Source: Alphaproteobacteria bacterium
GTDB lineage: Bacteria; Pseudomonadota; Alphaproteobacteria; MPNO01; UBA830
Length of the DNA stretch: 64,000 bases
Assembly: GCA_965243135.1 (NCBI GenBank)
Contig: OZ251539.1
Location: 1,216,001-1,280,000, forward strand
Direction: 5' to 3'
Below are positions 1 through 15,411 of this stretch, one piece after another. The notes beneath the pieces were generated by a model. The model searched no databases, was not told where the DNA came from, and was given only the letters and a program-made list of their open reading frames with translations. The stretch's first letter is position 1. Every line of letters begins with the position of its first letter. The translations under genes and the position numbers were made by a program.

Positions 1-1026
1 TCCGTTTCCGGCACCTGATAAGGACGCTGCACGAGCGCACCGGGCAGCGGGCGGTCGTTCTGGTGGACGAGTACGACAAGCCGATCCTGGACGCGCTCGG
101 CGACCGGGAACTGGCGCTGGCCAACCGCGACTTCCTGCGCAGCCTGTACGGCGTGATCAAGGCTTGCGACGAGCAGCTCCGTTTCGTTTTCCTGACGGGG
201 GTGAGCAAGTTATCGGGCCTGTTCTCGGGCCTGAACAACCTGAACGACATCACGCTGGACGAGCGCTACGGCGCCATATGCGGCTACACCGACGACGAGC
301 TGGACGCGGTGTTCGCCCCGGAACTCGACGGCCTGGACCGGGACGAGGTCCGCCGCTGGTACAACGGCTACAACTGGCTCGGACCGGAGAGGGTCTACAA
401 CCCGCACGACATCCTGCTGCTGTTCGACAAGCGCAGATTCCGCCCGTACTGGTTCCAGAGCGGCACGCCGACCTTCCTCGCCGATCTTCTGGCGCGGCGC
501 CGGGTCTCGGCGCCGGCTCTGGAGGGCATATTCGCGAACGACGACCTGCTGTCGGCCATCGACATCGACCGCATCCCCGTCGAAACGCTGTTGTTCCAGA
601 CCGGTTATCTGACCATCGCCGACGAGAATCTGGACGAGGACGCGCCCCTCTACCGGCTGGACTACCCGAACCAGGAGGTGAAGCGCAGCCTGAACGCGCT
701 CCTGCTGGAGACGATGGCACCGGACATCGCGGTCGCGGCGGAGAGCCGGAAGCTGCGTTGCCTGATGCGCGCGAACGACTTCGCAGGCGTCGAACGGCTG
801 TTCCGGGCGTTCCTGGCGAGCATTCCGAACGAGTGGTACGCGAACACGGGCCTGGCGGGGGCGCACTACGCGAGCGTGTTCTACTCTCATTTCGTGGCGG
901 CGGGGATGGACGTCCGCGCCGAGGAGAGCACGGCGCGCGGCCGTTCGGACCTGGCGGTCCTGTACGACGGCGGCGTCTACCTGTTCGAGTTCAAGGTCGT
1001 GGACGGGAAGCCGGAAGGCCGGGCGC

Positions 1027-3267
1027 CTTTCATCCCCCCATTGTCGAGTCCTTGAGCATGTCGTTGTTCCGTAGCGCCTTGTATATTTGAACGTAGGCCT
1101 TGAGGTAGCCGTAGCCCTGCCAGATGGTCCCGGGCAAGGGCTGGCGTTTGGAGGGGATGAAGCCCGCGAGCCGTCCCACGTCGACCACGAAGGTCTGGAC
1201 GTCGAGGTTTTCGGGCGGCGACCTGCTCTTGACCATGCCTCGTTCGGCAAGGTAAAGCACCGCAATTTCATCTTCGTCCGCGACTTCGGCGGCGGGGGCG
1301 TCCGGCCTGTCCCGCGCCATGCGCTGGAAGTCGAAGACCCGGCATGCGGTAATGGCGTCGAAAGCAAGGCACTTTCGGAGGTCGTCGGCATCGTCGAACT
1401 GCCGGTCTTCGATGCCCATGCCGGACTTGAGGGCCTTGAAGTATTCTTCGATCGTCCAGCGCCGTTCGTACCACTTTACGACGCGCACCGCGTCGTCTTT
1501 CTCGGGTTTGCCCTCCGTCGTGAGCAACAGCCAGTCGAGGCCTTGCGGTCCTGCGACCGACACGGCGAGCATGGAGAGAGGCGCGTCGCCGGTCCTGTCG
1601 CCGGGCGGCACGAGCCGGACGCGGGCGGCGCGGATGTCAAGCGTCACCTCGCGTTTCTTGCGCGCCCGCTTGCCGCCGCAGGCGGCGAGGTTCAGCGACC
1701 TCCGGGTCAGCACCGGCTGTTCCGCCATGTGGTTCCAAAGCCCTTTTTTGCTGCCATCTTCGCACAGCACGCGCCGCCGCTTCGAGCGGCAGGCGCGCAC
1801 CACCAGGCCGGCACCCGCCGCGACCGCCCTCGACAGCAGTTCCATCCCCTTCCCGGTCGCACACGGTGATGACCTGCGTGTCGGGGCAGGCGCGCGCGAT
1901 TTCCTGCGCCTTGTCGAAGTGGCCAGCGGACGCTCTCGCTTTCGTCCTTGTCGTCGCGCATGGTGGCGTCGATCTCGAAGACCCCGAGCGGGCGTCTTGA
2001 GGTCGCAAGTCCGAAGTGGGCGGCGATGCCTTTGGTTCCCGACCCGCCGCCGCCGAGCGGCACCAGGTGGCTTGCAGGCCGTTGTAATTCAGCATCGTCG
2101 TGTCCTGGACCGCTAGAACCACGCGCTCCTTGCGGCAGCGCTCGACCATGCATTCCTTGTGCGACTCGAGAACGTGCTCCATGCTCACCCTCGGATTCGA
2201 CAGCAGCCGGTAGGCTGCTTTCTGATCTTCCTTGTCCGGGAAGATCACCGGTACCGGTTCGCCGGGCCGTGCCTCCCATGCGCGCCCCATTCGTACCACC
2301 GCGAATGCGTCCGTCCGGGTGCGTTCCGCGTCCCATTCCGCCCAATCGTCGGACGGAGGTGCCTCCGGGGCGAGGCCGAGCATCCGTTCCGGTTCCCGGC
2401 GCAGCCGCTCTTTCCAGTCGGCGGCCAGCGGCTTCGACCGACCGTGCGACGCCCCTCTCCATGGCGCCTGGCGGCAACCCCGACGTCGGCCTGCCGCAAC
2501 GCTCCCATCCTGCCGCGCGATAGCAAGCGCCGGAATGGTCGGGAGAGACGTAAGTGTAGGCCGGACGCACGCCGTAGGCGGCTTCCCAATCGCCGGGCAG
2601 TCGCGTCGCCGCGAGGTCGAGAACGTGCGACGCAAGCCCGCGCACGCGCACCCCCGGCAACAGCAGAAACCGGTTATTGTTGACCATCCGTTGCAGGTTG
2701 GCGACCCGTGCGTCCGCCGACCAGCCGACGAACTCATCGCGCGCTTTCTGGTGCCAACTGGCGGCGCAGAAAGCGATGCCGCCCAGTCGGCCATGACGGG
2801 ACGACACGATCCAGTAACACCTTTGCGCGCCCGGCGGACGCATCCATCGCTGCGGATGATGGGTTGCCATCATCGAGCGCCACCGCTCCTTGTCGGCGCT
2901 CCCAGAAACCGGTTCCAGCGCGACTTCTCCGACCTCCGCCAGACTGCAGCGAAGCGACAGGTTCGGAAAATTCCGGGCCGGCGCCTTCTGCGGCAGGCGC
3001 TCCTGCGGCGGCGGCAAGGCGATCCCGAGTTTCTCGGCGAGCTTCGGCAGGATCCGTCGCGCCGAGGCGAGGCAAAGTTCGCCCTTCTCATTGCGCCAGT
3101 TCTCGCGCTCGCACAGCCCGTGGGCCAACTGACGCCGGGTGCGACCACCCTCGGCGACTGCCGCTCGGAACCACTCGATACTGTCCGCATGGAAACGGTG
3201 AAGTCCAACTTGCATACGCCGAAAGTAGCGTCACCGATTCATGGAATCAACTATTATTTGACGAAAG
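1027..3267 (-). mobile_element. IS4-family (IS50/Tn5-like) insertion sequence, 2241 bp
   Basis: Ends CTTTCATC (1027) and GACGAAAG (3267) are inverted repeats with 1 mismatch; 9-bp target duplication GCCGGGCGC at 1018-1026 and 3268-3276. Confidence 0.9.
1030..3215 (-). pseudogene. DUF4338 (DruA-like) domain fused to Tn5-like DDE transposase, several frameshifts
   Basis: N-term NNNRFLLLPGVRVRGLASHVL...GACYRAAGW (DUF4338); then AAYRLLSNP...LAVQDTTMLNY, VCDREGD, WYERRWTIEEYFKALKSG spread over three ORFs (1707-3215, 1637-2794, 1030-1845). Confidence 0.85.
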
Positions 3268-3920
3268 GCCGGGCGCTGGCGCAGATTCGGGAGCGCGGCT
3301 ATGCGGACAAGTACCGGCGTCCGGGCGTTCCGGTCCACCTGATCGGGATCGAGTTCGGCCGGGAGAAGCGCAACATCGTCGGGTTCGAGTTCGAAACCGT
3401 CTGAAGCCGGGAGCCGTCGACGTCCCGTTCGGACATTTCGGCAGGTGCCGCCTCCGCGAAAGGTGCCGGTAGGTCGCGTCGCAGGCCGCCATGCTCCTCG
3501 TTGAGGACGGCCGTTGTTTCCGCCGGGTCGCCGCCTTGCCTTGTGCGCCGGCGGCTTGACGGGACGCGCTGCCGAGGCGTGGCGCGGGAACCTCGGTCCA
3601 GCGTTCGGCCGAGCGAGGCGGCCCCGCTTCCTCGAGCGAAGAATCCTCCAAGTCCGCCGCAGAGGTTCGTTCGCGGCCGCCGCCTGCGGCAACCGAATCG
3701 GTTCGCGAAAGTCCGAGGAAATGCAGCGCAACGGAAAAACGCGGAAACGCGAAGGTAGCGTCTGCGTGGGAGCGCTTTGGAATCGTCAGGCTCGCGGTTG
3801 GATCCGTTGCGCGAACTTCTGTATCCGTGACGTCCCCTCGGCCCGGTCAAACTGCAACCTCGGCGGCCACGCACGGCAAGAGAAGGGCGTGCTCCGATGA
3901 TCGGGAAGCGCGAGTTGGCC

Positions 3921-5114
3921 ATGCGTCACAGACATCCTGCCGTGCTGGTTTTCGGAGGCTTTCTGGCGCTTGCCGTCGCTATCGGCATCGGGCGCTTCGC
4001 CTATACGCCCATCCTGCCCTACATGGTGGAAGGTTTGGGGATCAGCAAATCCGAGGCCGGCCTTCTCGCATCGGCGAATTTCCTCGGATATCTCTTGGGT
4101 GCCCTGGGCGCGGCGAAAGCGGCGGTGCCGGGCAGTCGACGATTCTGGTTGCTGAGCGCGCTGGCGACGAGCGCGGTCACGACCATGGCCATGGCGCTGA
4201 CGGAGGCGATCCACCTGTTCCTGGTATTTCGCTTCGCCGCAGGCGTTGCGAGCGCGTTGGTCATGGTATTCGGTTCCGCGTTGATCCTGGATCGGTTGCC
4301 GGCCCGGCCCGAGCGGGCGGCCGGGCTTTATGCAGGCGTCGGCTTCGGCATCGCCATCTCGGCCCTGACGGTTTCCGGGGTCGCCTCGAACGACGGCGAC
4401 TGGCAGCCTCCATGGGTGGTGAACGGCATCGTCTCGGCATGCGCCGTCGCCGCGATTTTCTGTCTGATACCTCGGCAGGAGGAAATGCCTCCGCCGTTGC
4501 CGGAAAAGCCGACCGCGGAAGGAGACGGCGCGATCCGGCAACTCGTCATTGCCTATGGCCTGTTCGGTTTTGGCTACGTCGTCACCGCGACGTTCGTGTC
4601 CGACATGATGCGCGAAAATTCGCTCCTGCGGCCGGCGGAACACATGGTGTGGCTTTGCGTCGGGTTGGCGGCCGTGCCCTCGGTGGCGTTGTGGATGCGG
4701 GCCGGCCGGCGATGGGGCAGCGGCCGGTCTTTCGCCGTCGCTTGCCTGTTGGAGGCGGTAGGCGTCGCCCTCAGCGCATTCGGCGACGACCCCTGGCTTC
4801 TCTTGGCGGCGGCAGGCCTTCTTGGCGGCACCTTCATGGGGATTACCGCGCTTGGCCTCGTCCAGGCGCGCCTGTTGTCCGCGGGCGATTCGCGCCGGGT
4901 TCTCGCATTGATGACCGCTTCGTTCGGGATTGGCCAGATGGTCGGTCCGCTTTTCGGAGGGGTGGCTTACGACCTGCTGGGCAGCTATGCGCCGCCGTCG
5001 CTGGTCGCCGCCGCGGCCCTTGTCGCGGCCGCCATTCTCGCTATCCGCTTACCGTTGCCTGGCAGTCGGCGGATCGCCGGGATTCGGCGGACATCTTCCG
5101 GATCTCGACAATAA
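3921..5114 (+). CDS. YbfB/YjiJ-family MFS transporter
   Basis: GIGRFAYTPILPYM...GLLASANFLGYLLG N-terminal motif, about 12 hydrophobic segments, FGIGQMVGP. Confidence 0.88.
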   Translation: MRHRHPAVLVFGGFLALAVAIGIGRFAYTPILPYMVEGLGISKSEAGLLASANFLGYLLGALGAAKAAVPGSRRFWLLSALATSAVTTMAMALTEAIHLFLVFRFAAGVASALVMVFGSALILDRLPARPERAAGLYAGVGFGIAISALTVSGVASNDGDWQPPWVVNGIVSACAVAAIFCLIPRQEEMPPPLPEKPTAEGDGAIRQLVIAYGLFGFGYVVTATFVSDMMRENSLLRPAEHMVWLCVGLAAVPSVALWMRAGRRWGSGRSFAVACLLEAVGVALSAFGDDPWLLLAAAGLLGGTFMGITALGLVQARLLSAGDSRRVLALMTASFGIGQMVGPLFGGVAYDLLGSYAPPSLVAAAALVAAAILAIRLPLPGSRRIAGIRRTSSGSRQ

Positions 5115-5820
5115 CCGCCGCTCGAACTGTCCTCGGAATCGGGTCGCGCCGCGGTCGCCGGACAAACGGGCCGACGGAGGCGATGCCAAAGCCCGCCCGC
5201 GCGTTCGACGCAAAAGGAGACCCGGGTCGTTCCATGCGAAACGGTCGGGCAGAGACTCGAGGCTGAAGCCCTGACGGCTCCATCGAACTTTGTAGCGCGA
5301 CGCGGCGGATTCTCAGGCGGGCGTCCAGTCGCGACGAAACGTCGATAAGCGGTCAGGCGGCGCGGATAAACAAAACGGAGATTGTCCACTGCCCCCATGC
5401 CCGAAAGCAATCGCCGCCTGACCGACCAAAACCATTACCCGATCCGTACCATGGAGTAAAACGGCGAAGCGACCGCCGGGATCCGGAAACGGCTTGGGCT
5501 CGGCGGAGAGGGGGCGAACGAGCGCTGCCGTGCGCCAGGGGACTTCCTCGGAAGGCGGGACGAAGCGAAATGCGGCGCAGGACCGGGAGGTCGGCGGCGG
5601 GCTGTTGCGCCCGGCGGCGCTGCATGGAGCGCAACTCGCGCGTCCGGAGCGGCCGCGCCCGAGCGGGTGTCCTGCATCGATTCCAAAGCCTTCCGGGCGG
5701 CGGTTGCGCCCGACGATTTCAGGCCGCGCGGCCGCGAACTCGCGACGCGGTCCGAACTGCCTTCGCGCCGACGTTCTGCGGTGCGCAAGCGCGGCAACGG
5801 TTCCTTGTCGGAACGGCAAT

Positions 5821-6000
5821 TCAGGCAAACGGAAGAGTTCTGCCGATTCCACGGATCTTGGCTTTGTCCAGCATCGCCGCTCCGAGCGCGATGTCGCTGA
5901 GGCTGAGCCCGCGATGCCAGAACAGGTTCGTCTCGTCGCCGCTTTCGCGCCCCGGCTTCATGTCGGCGACGATTTCCCCCATTTCGGCGTCGCTGCGGAT
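5821..6000 (-). pseudogene. C-terminal fragment of ornithine cyclodeaminase/mu-crystallin family gene
   Basis: AEMGEIVA..KPGRESGDETNLFWHRGLSLSDIALG..ML.KA matches the family C-terminus; N-terminal part absent. Confidence 0.65.
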
Positions 6001-6421
6001 TTGTCGCGAAGCCGACTCGGTGCGCGTATCCCTTTGCATGTTCGTCCGCTATGCCGCACGGCACTGCGAGGCGCGGCGGAAACTCTTCTCTGCGGATTGC
6101 AAGACCGGCGACGTCGGAGGAAGCGGTCGCCATCGCGCTCGGCGACGAAACGGTCGTCCACGGTTTTGTCGATGAAGGAACTTGCGACCGTCGTTCGCGA
6201 AAGGTGCCGGACGCGGCACGGTCTCGGGTTTGAAGCTGCGCTTGCAACGCGGCCAGCGCGACGGATCGGCATTCCCGCGCCATATCGGGCGCGGCCGGAA
6301 ACCAAACACGCAACTCCACTACAAAAAGCGCCGAAATGCGCAATATAACCGGTACTTCATCGGCAGTCGGTTTTCGAAGATTACGATCCGCCCGGAATAT
6401 TCCATTCTTCTTCTTCGTTCG

Positions 6422-7072
6422 TCAACAGCGTTCGTATCCATTCTTTCTGAACCTTTTCAGCGCGTCGATCCGTTTTGCGGCGTCCCTGCTAACCCTCTTG
6501 TAGTGTTGAATCGCAGGGTCGGTGAACATATCGTAGAACTCCTTGGAATCCCGAGTCCAGTCGATTTCGTCCCATACCTGGTTCAAGGTGTAATTGAGAC
6601 GAATCTGGCCAGTTCCAAGATTTTCTATTCGATACGCATCATAGGGAAGCATGATAAAAGGCGCGACATATTCCAAATCTCGTTTGCCGCCCCGTTCGAA
6701 CGATTTGTTATGTCCAAACTCGGCAATCAGAAAAATCCCATTGTCGTTCGCCAGAAATTTGAGCAGGTTTCCTACTGCGCAAAATCCACCGTCGGAAAAT
6801 TTTCTGGAATCCAAATCTTTGGTTTTGACGTCTATGCCGACGAGCATGTCGTCTTTTTGAAAACCGAAGTCGAAAATTGTCCTTCTTCCGGGTCGAGAGA
6901 GGGGCTCATATTCAAGTTCCATGCAAATTCGCTTCCAATTGTCGGCAATCCTTTCCTCGATCATTGCGCCAAACGCTCGAGAATCTTCGCGTTCCGATAC
7001 GCTCGAACGCAGTTCGTCGAAAACGGAATGGAATTGCCGTTTGACGGGATACTTTCTTCATGTCCATTGCCG

Positions 7073-7076
<4 letters not shown>
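6422..7076 (-). pseudogene. Orphan PD-(D/E)XK restriction-endonuclease-like gene, apparent frameshift near 5' end
   Basis: Low GC; SRAFGAMIEE...RRTIFDFGF...GIDVKTK catalytic-type motif; ATG at 7076 overlaps the uvrA stop (ATGA) but is one base out of frame with the body (ORF 6422-6964 plus open upstream frame). Confidence 0.6.
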
Positions 7077-10009
<2,933 letters not shown>

Positions 10010-10348
10010 CGGTGCCGCTGAGCGTTCTTCGGAGCGATGGATTCCAGCGATTTTTTAACGTTGCGTCTCGTTGCCCATGAACCACAACATGTTGACCAAA
10101 CCGCTCGGCAGGATTATGAACCCAGCGGACGGTGCTGCGCAAGCGGGATCGGCGGGAAAATGCAGCCGTTTTTCGGAACCGGCCGACCGGGCGGATTCCG
10201 GCCGGAAGGACGTCGTCCCCGGCTGTCCTTCGCCTTGACTCGCCGGCCGGCCTGCAATGCCCTCGCGACGGAGATATAAGCTGGCTCCTGCAACCTTGAA
10301 GCGCAACAATCGCCCGTGCGTTTGGAGAACTCGCCAGGAGAAGCGGTC

Positions 10349-11323
10349 ATGAAGAAACTCGCCATTCTCGACGATTATCAGGGCGTCGCCATGGAGATGG
10401 CCGACTGGTCGCCGTTGCGGAACGACGTGGAAATCGCGGTTTTCCGCGATCATCTGTCGGACGAGGACGCAGTGGCCGAACGCCTGCGGGATTTCGAGAT
10501 CGTCATGGCGATGCGGGAGCGAACGCCGTTTCCCCGTTCCCTTTTCGAGAAGTTGCCCCGACTCGAGCTTCTCGTCAGCAGCGGGATGAGGAATCTGTCG
10601 ATCGATCTCGAAGCCGCCGCCGACAACGGGGTGGTCTGCGCCGGCACGCCGTCGTTGGGCTATCCGACCGCCGAGTTGACGTGGGGACTGATTCACGCGC
10701 TGGCGCGGCACGTGGCGCTGGAGGATCGCGAAACCAGGGCCGGCGCATGGCAGAAGACGGTCGGAATCGGTCTGCGGGACAAGGTGCTCGGCGTGATGGG
10801 ACTCGGGCGCATCGGCATGGACGTCGCCCGCGTCGGCGCCGCCTTCGGCATGCGGGTGATCGCCTGGTCGCAGAATTTGACGCAGGAACGCTGCGACGAG
10901 GCCGGGGCGCGGTTGGCGAGCCGGGAGGAAATTCTCCGGACCTCGGATTTCCTGACGATCCATCTTCTGCTGAGCGACCGCACCCGGGGCCTGCTGCAGC
11001 GCGAAGATCTCGCTCTGATGAAATCGACCGCGTATCTCGTCAACACCTCCCGCGGTCCGATCGTGAACGAAGCGGCTCTGATCGAAGCGCTGCGGGACGA
11101 TCGCATCGCCGGCGCGGGGCTGGACGTCTTCGATACGGAACCGTTGCCGTCCGATCATCCGTTCCGGAATTTGCCGAATACCGTGATCACCCCGCATCTG
11201 GGCTACGTGACCGAGGAGAACTATCGGAACTGGTACGGCGGAACGGTCGAGAACGTCCGGTCATGGCTCGAGGGCGAGACGGTCAACGAAATGGCCAGCC
11301 GGAACCCTGCGAAACCCGGTTGA
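10349..11323 (+). CDS. D-2-hydroxyacid dehydrogenase family protein
   Basis: MKKLAILDDYQ, GLGRIG, NTSRG, AGLDVF, TPHLGY; AGGAG RBS upstream. Confidence 0.92.
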   Translation: MKKLAILDDYQGVAMEMADWSPLRNDVEIAVFRDHLSDEDAVAERLRDFEIVMAMRERTPFPRSLFEKLPRLELLVSSGMRNLSIDLEAAADNGVVCAGTPSLGYPTAELTWGLIHALARHVALEDRETRAGAWQKTVGIGLRDKVLGVMGLGRIGMDVARVGAAFGMRVIAWSQNLTQERCDEAGARLASREEILRTSDFLTIHLLLSDRTRGLLQREDLALMKSTAYLVNTSRGPIVNEAALIEALRDDRIAGAGLDVFDTEPLPSDHPFRNLPNTVITPHLGYVTEENYRNWYGGTVENVRSWLEGETVNEMASRNPAKPG

Positions 11324-11434
11324 CGCGGTCCTCCGGAGTTATCCACGCCGATTCGCTTTCCGATTCGCGATCCGCATGGTGACGCCGTCAGGTTCCGGTA
11401 TTATGGCCGAACCGAGTCGGCGGGAGAGCGAGTC

Positions 11435-11950
11435 ATGGCGGGCAGCGTGAACAAGGTGATTTTGATCGGAAACCTGGGGCGCGACCCCGAGGTGCGGCAT
11501 ATGAGAGACGGCAATCCCATGGTCAATCTGTCGGTCGCCACGTCCGAATCGTGGCGCGACAAGGCGACGGGCGAACGCCGCGACAAGACGGAATGGCATC
11601 GCGTCGTCATTTTCAACGATCGGCTTGCCGAAGTCGCGCAGAAGTATCTCCAGAAGGGGTCCAAAATCTATCTGGAAGGCCAGCTCCAGACCAGAAAATG
11701 GACGGACGACCAGAACATGGAGAGATATTCGACCGAAGTCGTGCTCAACCGCTTTCGCGGCGAACTGACGATGCTCGATTCCCGAAACGGAGGCGCCGGC
11801 GGCCGGCCGGGCGGCGACGGGGGCGGATCCTACGATAACGGCGGCGGTCCGCCCGCAGGCGATTCGTACGACGGCAGCGGCGGCGGATCCGGCGATTCGT
11901 TCGGCGGCGGAGGAGCCTCCGGCGACCTGGACGACGAGATTCCGTTCTGA
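11435..11950 (+). CDS. ssb: Single-stranded DNA-binding protein
   Basis: [19 protein letters not shown]...TEWHRV, Gly-rich tail, DDEIPF C-terminus. Confidence 0.98.
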   Translation: MAGSVNKVILIGNLGRDPEVRHMRDGNPMVNLSVATSESWRDKATGERRDKTEWHRVVIFNDRLAEVAQKYLQKGSKIYLEGQLQTRKWTDDQNMERYSTEVVLNRFRGELTMLDSRNGGAGGRPGGDGGGSYDNGGGPPAGDSYDGSGGGSGDSFGGGGASGDLDDEIPF

Positions 11951-11984
11951 CCGGCGTTTCCGCTCGAGCACGGAGGCCGAACGG

Positions 11985-12224
11985 ATGACGCTGCTTCGAA
12001 GGGCGATATTCATGGCTGCGCGCCGGATGGTGTCCGACCCGGTCGTTCAGGCGAAGGCGCGGGAACTAGCGCGCGACGAGATCGCGCCGCGCGTCGGCAA
12101 GGCGAAAGCGAAGGCCGGACATACGATGCGCGAACTCCGGGACGTTGCCGCCGAGACGTCGCCGGTCGAGAAACCCGGAGCGTTTTTCAAGGCCGCGCGC
12201 GACCGTCTCCGGAACGACGGGTAA
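11985..12224 (+). CDS. Small hypothetical protein (79 aa)
   Basis: GGAGG RBS, plausible codon usage, lies between ssb and gyrA. Confidence 0.55.
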   Translation: MTLLRRAIFMAARRMVSDPVVQAKARELARDEIAPRVGKAKAKAGHTMRELRDVAAETSPVEKPGAFFKAARDRLRNDG

Positions 12225-12395
12225 CCCGCCGCCGGCTCGTTCGAAGCGGGAAGCTCCCGCGTCGGCGGCCGGGCGCGGATCCGCCTCGGCGGACTGCGGT
12301 TTCGAGCTTGCCCGAAGCGTCCGATTCCGCTAAGTTCGCCGCGCTTCCGCGAACTGGCCCCGAGGGTCGTTAACCCCCATCCATGAAAGCTCTTT

Positions 12396-15107
12396 TTGTT
12401 GGCTGACAGCCCCGAGTTTCCGCCGCTTCCCGATATCGAACAGGTTTCCATCGAAGACGAGATGCGCAAGTCGTATCTCGACTACGCGATGAGCGTGATC
12501 GTGAGCCGGGCCCTCCCCGACGTCCGCGACGGACTCAAACCCGTGCATCGCCGCATCCTCCACGTCATGAACGAAGAGGGCTACGACTGGAACCGGGCGT
12601 ATCGCAAGTCGGCGCGCGTCGTCGGCGACGTGATGGGCAAGTACCATCCGCACGGCGACCAGGCGATATACGACGCCATGGTCCGCATGGCGCAGGATTT
12701 CTCCATGCGCCTGCCGTTGATCGACGGACAGGGAAACTTCGGGTCGATGGACGGCGATCCGCCCGCAGCCATGCGATACACCGAGGTTCGACTCCAGCGG
12801 GCGGCTCGCGAACTGTTGGACGACATCGACAAGGAAACGGTCGACTTCCAGCCGAACTACGACGAGACCTCGAAGGAGCCGGTGGTTCTTCCGGCGAAGT
12901 TTCCCAATCTCCTGGTGAACGGCGCCGGCGGCATCGCGGTCGGAATGGCGACCAACATCCCGCCGCACAATCTCGGCGAAGTGATCGACGCCTGCTGCGC
13001 GTTGATCGACAACCCCGACATCTCGTTGAACGAGCTGATCGGCATCGTTCCCGGTCCCGACTTTCCGACCGGCGGGAGCGTCATGGGCCGCCGGGGCATC
13101 ACGTCCGCCTACCATCACGGCCGCGGGTCGGTGGTGATGCGGGGACGCACCGGCGTCGAGGAAATACGCAACAACCGCGAAGCCATAATCGTTACCGAAA
13201 TTCCCTACCAGGTGAACAAGGCGCGCATGATCGAGCGCATCGCGGAACTGGTTCGCGAGAAGAAGATCGAAGGGATTTCGGATCTGCGCGACGAATCGGA
13301 CAGGGACGGCGTGCGGGTCGTGATCGAGCTGAAGCGCGGCGCGATCGCCGACATCGTGCTCAACCAGCTCTACCGGTACTCCTCGCTGCAGACGAGCTTC
13401 GGCATAAACATGCTCGCTCTCGACGAGGGCCGTCCCGGACTTCTCGATCTCAAGCGGATCCTCGAGGCCTTCATCGGCTTCCGCGAGGAGGTCATTCGCC
13501 GCCGCACCGAGTACGACCTCGGGAAGGCGCGCACTCGAGCCCACGTCCTCGTCGGCCTTGCGATCGCCGTCGCGAACATCGACGAAGTCATCGCCCTGAT
13601 CCGCCGCGCGAAGGATCCCAACGAGGCGCGCGCGGAACTCATGGAACGGGACTGGCCCGCGGCGGACGTCGCGCCGCTGATCGAGCTGATCGACGATCCG
13701 GGGCATCGCGTCGTCGACGGGCGTTACAAGCTGTCGGAGGCGCAAGCGCGCGCCATTCTGGAATTGCGGCTGCAACGGCTGACTGGCCTCGAACGGGAAA
13801 AGATCGCCGAAGAGCTGAACGATCTGGCGAAGGAGATAGAGCTTTATCTTTCGATTCTGCGCTCGCGAGAGAAGGTGCTCGCCATCGCGAGGGAGGAACT
13901 GCAGGCCGTGAAGGAGAAGTTCGCGACGCCGCGCCGCACGCTGATCGAGGATGCCGAGTTCGAGACCGATATCGAGGATCTGATTCAGCGCGAAGAAATG
14001 GTGGTTACGGTGAGCCACACCGGATACATCAAGCGCGTGCGCCTTTCCACGTACCGGGCGCAGCGGCGCGGCGGAAAAGGCCGGGCCGGCATGTCGACGC
14101 GCGACGAAGACTTCGTCACCAAGGTGTTCGTCTGCAGCACCCATACGCCGGTCCTGTTCTTTTCGTCGCGCGGAATGGTCTACCGGTTGAAGGTGTTTCG
14201 GCTGCCCGAGGGCGAGCCGCAATGGCGCGGCAAGGCGCTGGTGAACCTTCTGCCGCTCGACGCGGGCGAGGTCATAACGACCGTTTTGCCCCTGCCCGAA
14301 GACGAGGAAACCGGAGAAGACCAGTTCATCATGTTCGCGACGGAGAGCGGCAACGTGCGCCGGAACCGGATGTCCGATTTCACGAGCATCAGGGCGAGCG
14401 GCAAGATCGCGATGAAGCTGGATTCGGGCGACAAGCTGATCGGGGTCGACACCTGCGGCGCGGACGACGACATTCTGCTGGCGGCCAACAACGGCAAGTG
14501 CATTCGTTTTCCTGTCGCCGACACGCGGATATTCAGCAGCCGCAATTCCACCGGCGTGCGCGGGATCAGGCTCGGCGAAGACGACCGGGTGGTGTCGTTG
14601 ACGGTTCTGGACCATACCCGGCTGGACGTCGAAACCCGGGACGCGTATCTGCGCGCGGCCAGGGCGCGCCAGCGAAACGGCGCGGAGGAGCCGGAGGAAA
14701 CGGACGCCGCCGGCGAAGACATCGCGCAGGAGGAATTCCAGCGTCTCGCCGAGGCCGAGCAGTTCATTCTGACCGTGACGGAGAACGGCTTCGGCAAGCG
14801 GACTTCGGCCTACGAGTACCGAACGACCCACAGGGGCGGGCGGGGTCTCGTCAATATCGCTACGGAAGGACGCAACGGGGAGGTCGTCGCGTCCTTCCCG
14901 GTCGCTCCGATGGACCAGATCATGCTGGTGACGAACGGCGGCAAGATCATCCGAAGTCCAGTGGGCGATATCCGCATCGCCGGGCGGGCGACCCAGGGCG
15001 TGAACCTTTTCCGGACGGCGGACGGGGAAAAGGTCGTTTCGGCGGCGCACGTGGAGGAAGGCAACGGGGAAGATGGCAACGGGGAGCGGACGGAGGAGGC
15101 TTCCTGA
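12396..15107 (+). CDS. gyrA: DNA gyrase subunit A
   Basis: [30 protein letters not shown], GyrA-box QRRGGKG; start uncertain (TTG). Confidence 0.97.
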   Translation: MLADSPEFPPLPDIEQVSIEDEMRKSYLDYAMSVIVSRALPDVRDGLKPVHRRILHVMNEEGYDWNRAYRKSARVVGDVMGKYHPHGDQAIYDAMVRMAQDFSMRLPLIDGQGNFGSMDGDPPAAMRYTEVRLQRAARELLDDIDKETVDFQPNYDETSKEPVVLPAKFPNLLVNGAGGIAVGMATNIPPHNLGEVIDACCALIDNPDISLNELIGIVPGPDFPTGGSVMGRRGITSAYHHGRGSVVMRGRTGVEEIRNNREAIIVTEIPYQVNKARMIERIAELVREKKIEGISDLRDESDRDGVRVVIELKRGAIADIVLNQLYRYSSLQTSFGINMLALDEGRPGLLDLKRILEAFIGFREEVIRRRTEYDLGKARTRAHVLVGLAIAVANIDEVIALIRRAKDPNEARAELMERDWPAADVAPLIELIDDPGHRVVDGRYKLSEAQARAILELRLQRLTGLEREKIAEELNDLAKEIELYLSILRSREKVLAIAREELQAVKEKFATPRRTLIEDAEFETDIEDLIQREEMVVTVSHTGYIKRVRLSTYRAQRRGGKGRAGMSTRDEDFVTKVFVCSTHTPVLFFSSRGMVYRLKVFRLPEGEPQWRGKALVNLLPLDAGEVITTVLPLPEDEETGEDQFIMFATESGNVRRNRMSDFTSIRASGKIAMKLDSGDKLIGVDTCGADDDILLAANNGKCIRFPVADTRIFSSRNSTGVRGIRLGEDDRVVSLTVLDHTRLDVETRDAYLRAARARQRNGAEEPEETDAAGEDIAQEEFQRLAEAEQFILTVTENGFGKRTSAYEYRTTHRGGRGLVNIATEGRNGEVVASFPVAPMDQIMLVTNGGKIIRSPVGDIRIAGRATQGVNLFRTADGEKVVSAAHVEEGNGEDGNGERTEEAS

Positions 15108-15381
15108 AGCGCGCCTTCGGACAGCGTTCCCGAGAATGTCCGGGAGGATTCGAACATCGTTTCCCCTCAACGGATCCGAGCGCCGAAAATACCGTAAAGC
15201 GGCACGGCGTTTCTTTCCATCGCATGGACAGCAACCGCTACGGATGACGAAAACGGGCGAGGCGACGCAGAAGGCGCTGGTCACCGACGGGTGCAGGTCC
15301 GATATCGCCAAACCGGAAAATCTAGAAAGTTTACCCGCCTGCGCCGCCCTGGAGGCTGACGTTACCGTGCATCGCCCGAGG

Positions 15382-15411
15382 TTGCCGGCCTTTTCGGCGC
15401 GCTGGTATAGT
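15382..15411 (+). promoter_or_regulatory. Putative sigma70 promoter upstream of defence island
   Basis: TTGCCG-N18-TATAGT with TGn extended -10. Confidence 0.35.

Larger units (their letters stand above)
1..3404 (+). pseudogene. AAA-ATPase-like + PD-(D/E)XK nuclease gene, copy 1 (5' part outside window), split by IS4-family element
   Basis: ORF 63-1055 has [11 protein letters not shown]...FLTGVSK...YLFEFKV; the missing C-terminus GRALAQIRERGYADKY...VGFEFETV* resumes at 3268-3404 after the IS; matches copy 4 (44750-46282) across the junction. Confidence 0.9.

Noticed and set aside
11339-11347. TTATCCACG as a DnaA box or origin
   Set aside because: Single imperfect box with no cluster or AT-rich unwinding element
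12640-12680. Gyr[11 protein letters not shown] (Gln at the Ser83 position) as acquired quinolone resistance
   Set aside because: Non-Ser residues at this position occur naturally in alphaproteobacterial GyrA
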